From Paraspadella gotoi (lineage: Eukaryota > Animalia > Chaetognatha): a stretch of 64,000 nt of DNA. Under the pieces are notes generated by a model. The model was not told where the DNA came from, did not search any database, and saw only the letters and a list, made by a program, of their open reading frames with translations. How positions within the stretch are numbered: position 1 is the first letter of the stretch; every line of letters starts with the position of its first letter. Below are positions 53,984 to 64,000 of this stretch, piece after piece. Both the position numbers and the translations under genes were made by a program. The stretch covers positions 12,727,459 to 12,791,458 of the forward strand of contig CM119264.1 of assembly GCA_051294375.1 (NCBI GenBank). Direction: 5' to 3'.

Positions 53984-55239
53984 AGAGACGAAGAGACGAG
54001 GAGGAGAGAGAGAGAGAGAAAGGATCAGAGAATTTAAAGGGCTCACTGGAGGACGGTGATTGGTGAATTACGGGTAAGAAGAAGAAGATGATGGGATTTT
54101 AATTTGCTGGTGGGTCGAGCAAAATCTCAGCTGCGAGGGTGAAAGACGAGAAGAGGGAAAAGAGTGCAATGGTAGGAATGAGGAACGAGGTCGATAAAAA
54201 GGTGAGGGCGATTCGAGGTCAGATCCAGAGTCGTTGATCATCGTGACAGAGAAATTTTTTTTCGGTGGAGAACCTCATCCAGCGGCGCTTTTTGCTACGA
54301 TTTTAATTTATTTTATTTTATTTTAATTTTTTTTTCGTATCATTAAACAAACAATTCTAATGTTGATCACAAGGTTTACTTTTGAGGTTAGGGTGAGCAA
54401 CGAGCATTCCAGAAGATTTCTCTACTCTTTTGTGCCCAACAAGGACAAGGCAGATTGCGTTTGCGTAAATTTAATTGCGTTGGTCCGCACAATATTTAAG
54501 TGAAGAAGAATTTGGGCATCAAGAGAGAATGAAAGACTGGCATAGAGAGGTGACTGAGGCGGGAGGGAGGGGAGGGGGAAACGATTACAATGGAAAACTG
54601 TTGAAGCGAATCCCAGATACAATAAATTACTGCAGCTGGTAAATTGGTACAAAATTATTTGAGGGAAAGTAATTTATGTCTGCGGAGAAGAGGCAGTGGA
54701 AAAGTGGAAAAGGAAATTCCAAAAACGGGGGGAACATGAAAAATAACTAAACTAAACAATGAAATACAGAATGGTGAAAGAGGTTGTATTAAAATTAAAT
54801 ATTACTAATTTACTAATTCACTATCAATCTGGCCAGTCATCGACCCCGGTGGACAGAAACAACCAATTCAGGCACTCACTTGTAAGACGCTGTGGAAGTG
54901 AGCCACAATAGCGATCTCCCTAGNNNNNNNNNNNNNNNNNNNNNNNNNGAGAGAGAGAGAGTAAATGAATTAAGAGAAAGAGTAGCCGGATCATTTAAAC
55001 CCAAACTCACTCCACGCTTCCGTTGGTCTCGTCCACCACGGCGAAGGAGATTCCGTTCGGGAGGCAGAGAAGAACGAAGGCCGCGCATGTGACGATCAAC
55101 ATCCTCACGGCCTAAAACGGGTGAGGTGTGAGAGTGGAGTGAGACGGAGTGGACGCGATTCGTGAAAGGGGGCGAGAAGAATATTGGCGTTTCGTTTTGA
55201 ATTTAGAAATGGATATCGAATCCTCCATTCTCTGATTGG

Positions 55240-55325
<86 letters not shown>

Positions 55326-55721
55326 TTCCTCTCGCCAATCAGCCAAATCGATCGTCTGCCTCGATGCCTTGATTGCCGAGTTAATCATGTTAAATGCGGT
55401 AATAGTATTAATTATAAAACTCAATGACCCGATTAAGCGTTTCTCTCCATTGCCTCGTCCAAAGCTTAAGCTCATCGCACCATTTTCTCCCTCCTCAATT
55501 GACACGAAGCGAATTTGCCTATTTTTTTGTGCGGCTAATGGATTCCCCTTTTCTCCCCCCTTCCATCCAAGAGGGGAGAGGGGGAAGGGAAGAAGATGAA
55601 AGATAGGGAGAGATAAGTCGAGGTAGATACGATGAGGGAAAGAAAAATGTTTGTGGAGAATGGAGAAAGTGGAGGAAAAGAAAAGTTAATTAGGACCTGA
55701 TGGAGCGAAGGAAAATGGTGC

Positions 55722-55760
<39 letters not shown>

Positions 55761-55803
55761 CCGCTCCTCTCGTTCTCGTCTCCTCCTCTCTCTCTCTCTT
55801 CTC

Positions 55804-55836
<33 letters not shown>

Positions 55837-56860
55837 AGACTCAATGAGATATTCTATTCCTCGATTTAAATTCGTTCGGAAAGAGATTTATCGCACCACA
55901 TTAAGCATAAGTACTTAGATGTCAGGGGCTTCCCTGTTTAATACGAAAAGAGTATGAATAATAAAATGAATATATAGTATATACAACGAATCAATTGATG
56001 AAATAAATAAATTGAATATATACAAAGTTTTTTTGGTTTTTTTTTTATAGAAGGTGGAGCTAAGGTTCGCTTCACTAAGGGCGGACCCGTTTCGCCCCCT
56101 CTCCCTCTCTCTCCCAAACTTTTATTGAGTGTTGAAGCGACGAGCTAAGTTTCCCTTCGTCTCCGTAAAGACGTTTACGAGCGACAAGGAAGGCTCCTGT
56201 TGCCGAGTCAAGTTTTTGGGAGGGGGGAGGGGGGAGGGGTCGAGGAACGAAGCTGGGTCCGATCGAAATGGTCATTGGTCAAGGACGACCTTTTTTTTTC
56301 GGGGCAGGGGAAGTGAGCTGGCTTGGTCTCTCACGTTTTCACCTGTTTCGCCGTATCTTCCGTTCTCCTGCTCGCGGTGTGAACTCGTATCGTGTTACGA
56401 CCGGGACTGATCTGGAAACAAAAGAATTTCAACAGGCTGTTAGAAATACTAGTTTACCTTTCGGGTATCTTATTTTTAAAAACTCTCGTCCAGCCTCATA
56501 AAACAATACAAAACAAAACAAAACAAAACAAAAAAACAAAAACAAACAAAGCCTCAACGAATGCGAATATGTCTTGGATGACGAGGAAAATGACGACGAC
56601 GACAACGACGACAACGACGACGCATCCGCCCTCTTCCGACTCACCGGCTGATCAGAGTTGCGATGTTCGCGGACGACGATGCGGACGATGATGAGGACGT
56701 TGAAGACGAAGAGAACCGCGCAGGGGATGTTGACCACGAGGACGTTCTCCACGTTGGACAGGATGCGGTCGAACATGCAGCTGCGGGGAAGGAGGGAGGA
56801 GAGCGGGGGAGGAATAAAAAGTGAAATTGAGAGAAAGAGAGAAGGAACGAGAGAGAGAAG

Positions 56861-56929
<69 letters not shown>

Positions 56930-58300
56930 GAAGAGAGAAGGATCAGAGAATTTAAAGGGCTCACTGGAGGACGGTGATTTGGTGAATTACGGGTAAGAAG
57001 AAGAAGATGATGGGATTTTAATTTGCTGGTGGGTCGAGCAAAATCTCAGCTGCGAGGGTGAAAGACGAGAAGAGGGAAAAGAGTGCAATGGTGAGGAATG
57101 AGGAACGAGGTCGATAAAAAGGTGAGGGCGATTCGAGGTCAGATCCAGAGTCGTTGATCATCGTGACAGAGAAATTTTTTTTCGGTGGAGAACCTCATCC
57201 AGCGGCGCTTTTTGCTACGATTTTAATTTATTTTATTTTATTTTAATTTATTTTTTCGTATCATTAAACAAACACTTTTATTCTAATGTTGATCACAAGG
57301 TTTACTTTTGAGTTATAGGGTGAGCAACGAGCATTCCAGAAGATTTCTCTACTCTTTTGTGCCCAACAAGGACAAGGCAAGATTGCGTTTGCTCGTAAAT
57401 TTAATTTGCGTTGGTCCGCACAATATTTAAGTGAAGAAGAATTTGGGCATCAAGAGAGAATGAAAGACTGGGGCATTAGAGAGGTGACTGAGGCGGGAGG
57501 GAAGGGGAGGGGGGGAAACGATTACAATGGAAAACTGTTGAAGCGAATACCCCAGATACAATAAATTACTGCAGCTGGTAAATTGTTACAAAATTATTTG
57601 AGGGGAAAGTAATTTATGTCTCGGAGGGAAACAGTGGAAAAGTGGAAAAGGAAATTCAAAAACGGGGGGAACATGAAAAATAACTAAACTAAACAAATGA
57701 AATACAGAATGGTGAAAGAGGTTGTATTAAAATTAAATATTACTAATTTACTAATTCACTATCAATCTGGCCGTCATCGACCCCGGTGGACAGAAAACAA
57801 CCAATCAGTCACTCACTTGTAAGACGCTGTGGAAGTGAGCCACAATAGCCGGGCGATTCCGCACAGAATGATCACAGAAGCGCAGATGATCTTAGAGTTT
57901 TTTATGGTGCAGAGACGTCGAGCCTTAAAGAATATATGGCGGCGGCGAGAGGGGGGAAGAAAAGAAATATATTAAAAGGATAAAAAGGGAAGGAAAGGAC
58001 ATCGAGTGATGACGAAATCGGGGGCAAAATTATGGAGGAGGATTTGTGGTTAAGAACATGGATTTCCAAAGAGATTGTAGACGAGTTGAACGGGTAGACG
58101 GAAGAAAAAAAATTACTTATCACGGTGATCAGGGATTAGGGATAAGGGATCAGTGAACGGGGATCAGGGAACAGAGAAGAGAGAATCAAATTAAAGAGGA
58201 ACGAAGATACCAAACTCGAACACATTTGGCGCCGAGATTCATTTTGGTTTTTGGTTACCGCTTAACGAGAGACGCGCCACGTGAATCAAAAAATCCTACA

Positions 58301-58371
<71 letters not shown>

Positions 58372-59023
58372 AAGAAGAGAGAGAGAGAGAGAGAGAGAGA
58401 GTCACCAAACCAGACGATCGGAATTCATTAAGATATTTTTCTTTGAAAAAGGAAAGGAGGTTGTTTGGTAGAGACCAATAGTTTTTAAAAACGTCGTCGT
58501 CGTCGTTGTCATCGTCGTTATCGTCCTCAACGAGATCACGACGGTTGTTGTTCTTTGTTCATTTATTCTAGAATAAAGGAAGTGTTAGTTTTATTTGATC
58601 CTGCGCTTGTTTATTCTTAATGATTGTTATACATCGCATTTACCTTTAGCGGAAACCAGACTGTGACGAATCTTTCAATGGAGACGGCGGCAAGCGTCCA
58701 ATGACTAGCTGCAATAAACCTGAGGGCAAAGGGATTTTTCACTTTTTTTTTATTAAATAGGTAAGTAATTAAAATTTAACTGTTTTTATAGACAAATCAA
58801 TGAGGCAGAAATATTTTTTTTCTAGAAAAAGGAAATATTATTCTGAATTGAATGGTTCTTCTCAATAAATCGTATTGATTCTTCATTAATAAAGCAAAGA
58901 TAGAAAACATTAAGAAGATAACATTGTCGCGCGTTTTTTGATTGATTATAGAAAGAGGGAGAGGGGATAGAGGAAGCATTTTATATTCTGTCTTGTCTGT
59001 CTATCTATCCCTATTTCTCTCTC

Positions 59024-59060
<37 letters not shown>

Positions 59061-62017
59061 CATTCATCACGCATAAGTAGTTTGATTAGCGTAGATCGTT
59101 TTGCCAAGGGAAGCATCTCTCTCCTTTTAACTGATTCACAGTCATTAGTCAGTCTGGCGTGGAGTCATTTATCAAGAAAAAAAAATCCAACCTTCGAATT
59201 ATTTACGATCGTTTTACGTTCTACACCGGGGAATAGTCCCACTAAATTTATGGGCGGACATTTTCCAAATCATTTACGTTTTACAATTTATCAATTTATG
59301 GTCCTCCTTTTCCCTGTCCTGGTTAGTGAGACCTCTGCCGGATGAGAAGTATGGGAGATTTTATTTAAGCCCCTTTTTTTTCCAATTTCTATTCTTTCTC
59401 TACACCGGGAAGGGACTTCAAATATAGCCATTTTTTGATTCAATTATGGGTTTTTCATCTCACGGCGACGTCGTTGACAACACGTTAAAGTCGATACTGA
59501 GTTCGACGACCGACGACGCACGACGACGACGAAAAAAACGGCACCGACTCAACGGAAACGACTCTCGANNNNNNNNNNNNNNNNNNNNNNNNNNNNNNNN
59601 NNNNNNNNNNNNNNNNNNNNNNNNNNNNNNNNNNNNNNNNNNNNNNNNNNNNNNNNNNNNNNNNNNNNNNNNNNNNNNNNNNNNNNNNNNNNNNNNNNNN
59701 NNNNNNNNNNNNNNNNNNNNNNNNNNNNNNNNNNNNNNNNNNNNNNNNNNNNNNNNNNNNNNNNNNNNNNNNNNNNNNNNNNNNNNNNNNNNNNNNNNNN
59801 NNNNNNNNNNNNNNNNNNNNNNNNNNNNNNNNNNNNNNNNNNNNNNNNNNNNNNNNNNNNNNNNNNNNNNNNNNNNNNNNNNNNNNNNNNNNNNNNNNNN
59901 NNNNNNNNNNNNNNNNNNNNNNNNNNNNNNNNNNNNNNNNNNNNNNNNNNNNNNNNNNNNNNNNNNNNNNNNNNNNNNNNNNNNNNNNNNNNNNNNNNNN
60001 NNNNNNNNNNNNNNNNNNNNNNNNNNNNNNNNNNNNNNNNNNNNNNNNNNNNNCTTTGGGGGCTTCCGACCCTCAGTGACGCATCCAGTCACTACCCTAG
60101 GACGGTCTCGCTTTGCCAACACAGAGGGTAGTCGTTAGGACTGTGGATGGAACCCAAGGCCTGGGATGGTCTCACGTCGACCATCGTTCAGCCAATACCA
60201 TTTGCTCAGAGGGGGAACATAGGCATTGTGATCCATCCACAGTCCTAACGACTTCCCTCTGCTTTGACCGTCCTAGGGTAACCGCGCCAGTAACTGGAGG
60301 CGTCGGAAGCCCCCAAAGCCAACAGTGAGATGCCCCATCCCAATGGGCATCACAGGCAACCCGGCTGTTGCCATAATATCCTTTTTTATCTTCATAATTG
60401 TTAACTTGTTAAGACTTTGTAATTTTTTCTGATGCATTTCTTGGCGAGATAACGGTTGAATCGTTAAAACTTTTATACTGATAAGTGATTGTCAGAAGAA
60501 GCCGACGCAGAAGACTCTGACGTCACGAAAAAGCAGACTGCGGTGAGTGACACCGGAAGTAGTAGAACCGACGCGAGTGAAGGGAAGTTTTTCTTGGCCG
60601 TTGCCAGCCGCAGAGAGATGGAGTAGGCGATGTTTCACGTCAGCGACGACAGTTAGAAGTAGCGAGCGTCTCGTCGCGAGAATTTCTTGGCGCGAGTCGT
60701 CGGTCGCGCCGACATTTCCAGTTTCATTTTCCTCGTTAAATTGTTTACTCTCGAGTATCGCCCAAATGACCGAATAAATAAATAAATAAAAATCCCGGAA
60801 TCTATCAACAAACATCAAGGAAATGGGGGAATAAATCGCGCTGGAAACGCTATGTTTGTCGTTTTTCTTTTTCGCTTCGGGGATTTATCGACACGTTCGA
60901 GAAAAGTCGGAACGCGTCGTGAAAGAAAAAGGGAGTTCGAAAATGTGGCTCACTCCTCAACAGCATATCGGGGAGAGGAATTTCGCAAGGGACGGTTTTG
61001 AAATACTCTTTTTGAGTAATACAAATATAAATATGATAATTATGAGAATAAATAAATAGATAGATAGATAGATACATGTAATTATGTATTGTATATATAG
61101 ATAGATTGATAAATAAATAAATAACATAATTGTTTATATTATAGTAGGGCTTTACAAAATATTTACCCTGCCTATAAGCAGTCTTCAGTCATAACCCGTT
61201 AAGTCATTGAATAAAACCATTACCTTATGACCATTAAGAACTGGGATCGATCCCTAATGGTACTTAAACTGCGGGAAGTGTGAGGACGGCTATAAGCACA
61301 GCCTTAGGCCCTGGAAAACCCCGAGTCGACGCCTAGTTCCAAGCCCAGGACCCATTCTACTAATGCCTATCTACAATATGCGATTAAAATAATTTTCCGA
61401 TGTCGATCCCAAGCGTGCGGGACACTTGTGCTCGGAAGGCCTTTGAGCTCCCCCTCTGTGAATGGATTGAAATGTGAGGGCAGTTTCTCGATATCTCCTT
61501 TAAACTTTAAAGCATTCGAGCGCCTCCGCCGAATTTTATTTCCCCATTTAAAATGCGCGACGGAGCANNNNNNNNNNNNNNNNNNNNNNNNNNNNNNNNN
61601 NNNNNNNNNNNNNNNNNNNNNNNNNNNNNNNNNNNNNNNNNNNNNNNNNNNNNNNNNNNNNNNNNNNNNNNNNNNNNNNNNNNNNNNNNNNNNNNNNNNN
61701 NNNNNNNNNNNNNNNNNNNNNNNNNNNNNNNNNNNNNNNNNNNNNNNNNNNNNNNNNNNNNNNNNNNNNNNNNNNNNNNNNNNNNNNNNNNNNNNNNNNN
61801 NNNNNNNNNNNNNNNNNNNNNNNNNNNNNNNNNNNNNNNNNNNNNNNNNNNNNNNNNNNNNNNNNNNNNNNNNNNNNNNNNNNNNNNNNNNNNNNNNNNN
61901 NNNNNNNNNNNNNNNAAAAGAGAAGATTGAAGCGAGCGTTGAGACAGAGAGAGAATGTCGAGGATCGCGACGGTGGAGAGGAAAACTCGGATGGGGGAAG
62001 AGGAGAGGCCGCGTCGG
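49071..62017 (-). CDS. Rhodopsin-class (class A) peptide-type GPCR, multi-exon; TM1 and part of ECL1/TM3 not located
   Basis: TM2 from 62017 RRGLSSSPIRVFLSTVAILDILSL; TM3 58644-58719 FIAASHWTLAAVSIERFVTVWFPLK; TM4 57817-57923 ARRLCTIKNSKIICASVIILCGIARLLWL; TM5 56645-56780 NVLVVNIPCAVLFVFNVLIIVRI; ICL3 56343-56411; TM6 55011-55111 AVRMLIVTCAAFVLLCLPNGI; TM7 51845-51922 LLAKINAGINFFLYILA; helix 8 51021-51112 SSTFRAEFYRL; tail exon from 49825 in frame to the stop at 49071. Phases are consistent from TM3 onward. Confidence 0.85.
49464..49531 (+). other. tRNA-like relic or SINE head with a TCA anticodon-like loop
   Basis: GG-CTTCAAA-CC loop, GGGGTC variable region, canonical T-arm GCGGGTTCGAATCCCG, then a T run. 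No recognisable D arm. Confidence 0.4.
52020..57849. repeat. ~2.9 kb direct tandem duplication (52020-54910 vs 54949-57849) across an N gap
   Basis: Collinear near-identity. The left copy has frameshifting indels in the GPCR TM5/TM6 exons; the right copy is in frame. Confidence 0.92.
60054..60371. mobile_element. GC-rich long foldback (MITE-like or hairpin element) in a GPCR intron, left end lost in a gap
   Basis: Paired arms CTTTGGGGGCTTCCGAC/GTCGGAAGCCCCCAAAG, TACCCTAGGACGGTC/GACCGTCCTAGGGTA and CAGAGGGTAGTCGTTAGGACTGTGGATGGA/TCCATCCACAGTCCTAACGACTTCCCTCTG. Confidence 0.65.
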
Positions 62018-62041
62018 CTGGAGTGTGGGGAGGGAGAGAGA

Positions 62042-62115
<74 letters not shown>

Positions 62116-63071
62116 GAGAATCAAGTTTTAAAATCAATGTTTTTGACGAATTGAAGAATCATTTCAAACTTTCCCGCCGCCTCAATCAGCCAATCGGACG
62201 GGAAATGAGCGCCAGAACGAGGTTTTTCTAAAGCGACTGAGATGGAACGTGATGAAAGAGAAATCATTTTCATTCCGTTCTCAATCTCGACCGAAACGTA
62301 AGAAGAAACATTAAGTGGGGCTTTTTTTAATGACTTCTTATCATTATCATTTTCTTCGGAGGCCATTTTTCTCTTTGGGATCGTTAAATCCGAGCGAAAA
62401 CGAGAATTTTCAGCTCCTAACGTTTTAGTTATTTTTTATAAGATACGAAATAATGCTATTTCCCGCAACATAAACAGGTTCTGAAATTTAAAAAAAACAA
62501 CCTTAAGCTCGTTTATTATTAATGAAAAAATTATAAGGATTACGACCTGAATTTCAAAATAGAAAACAATTTTTTGCAGCGTATAATTAATTTCATGACG
62601 AGAGAAAAATAAAATACGTGTATTATGAATATTTCATAGAAAATGATATGGAAAGACTATCGACAAGTCTTTGTCGATAAATGTAAAAACTAAAAAGTAC
62701 GTAAAACCAAATGTAAAGGGCTGAAAAAAATTGTTAAAACGAGAAAAGTTAGAAAAACATTTAAATAAATTTTATTAAGGTAAACGCTGAAGAAATTAAA
62801 AATCATTTTAAATCCTTTCCAGAACAGCACTANNNNNNNNNNAGAACAGCACCAATCCTTTTTCTGACTTTTAGGTCTTCAAGACTTCAGACGCTATTTT
62901 TAGTATGATTCCTTATTTTTTCTCTTCAAGTTTCCATCCTTTTATTGCTTTTTTCTCCGCCGCTTTTTCTGTTTTTGTCTTTTTTATAAAAAAAACCGCG
63001 AAAGTTACAGATTTTATGGCGCAACAGACGACGTGGGAAGAAACTTAACCGACGACGACCAGACTCATAAC

Positions 63072-63072
63072 G

Positions 63073-63106
<34 letters not shown>
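63072..63106. repeat. (CAA)n trinucleotide repeat
   Basis: Seen directly; source of the poly-Cys ORF. Confidence 0.9.
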
Positions 63107-64000
63107 GACAGTGAAGATGAAAGGCAGAACGACGGAGAGATCTTCAAGATGCTTCTCGCGGTGACTCCTTATCAACTTTATGAGTTTAGGCCTGAAAGCA
63201 ACAGCAACAGCAACAGCAACAGCCCCGAGTTCCAATTATAACGAGATGGACGAACATCGTATAACCTCGAGAAATATTTTAGTCGTGCTGCGAAATCATA
63301 AGTAAAACGACAGCCACACCGACAAACCACGACAACGATAACGATCACGATAACAACGACGACAACAACAACGACGAATGAATTGGCGACGTCGAAGACG
63401 TCAAAGACGTCGAGATTGAAATGGCGACATTGGTGACAACGACGACGACGACGATGGCGTCTTGAAAAGAGCGACTAGTCGGCGACGTCGACTTTCTTCA
63501 ATGAGAAACTAATTCGGAGACTAACCTCAAGAGGGCGAAAAGATTCGACGGATGAGTTGAAAGAGTGGGGGAAAAAAGAGATAAGGAAAGCAAGCAATCA
63601 TTCAAGAAAGAAAGAAAAAAAAGTAAGGGCATTTAGGAAAAATGAAGGAAAAAAAGCTAAGCAAACACAAAAAAAGAACAAACTAAGGAAAAAAGGGGAG
63701 GAAAAACTAAATACTCAACAAAGATTAACCAGAGAAAACCCAAATAAGTGAAGTACCGCTATACCGCCATACTACAATCTATCATCATTGTGAATTCACT
63801 GCACATAATTATCGCTTCGCAAAACGTACTTTAAGTCAAATGAATAATTATTTTCTTTCTCCTCCTTTTTTTTTTCTTCTGAGAAGAAATGATGCTTTTT
63901 CTATTTTCATAATTTGGTGAAAATTAGTAAGCATTCGTTATGCGAAGGCTGGAAAAGTACCGTCGCTTTCTAATTAAAACGAACAAAAGCGAAAAGTGGG

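Overview
Eukaryotic (animal, probably spiralian/lophotrochozoan invertebrate) AT-rich genomic scaffold with spliceosomal introns, abundant (AG)n microsatellites and seven N gaps. Genes reconstructed by hand from splice sites: 3' part of a FAM161A/B-like gene (+, 41-2816); an atypical troponin T-like gene (-, ATG 14859); a C2H2 zinc-finger gene (-); a possible small unknown gene (-); an expanded prosaposin-like gene (+, 2 SapA + 11 SapB); PGM2 (-); and a multi-exon rhodopsin-class peptide GPCR (-). An ~8.8 kb inverted copy of the PGM2 5' region and a ~2.9 kb direct duplication inside the GPCR look like assembly or amplification artefacts. The most notable locus is the troponin T-like gene. It lacks the TnT1 helix and has a Pro/Ala/Glu N-terminus built from in-phase microexons. 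It also carries two tandem, diverged copies of a whole three-coding-exon C-terminal cassette, each followed downstream of the stop by the same stem-loop with an identical 19-nt core.
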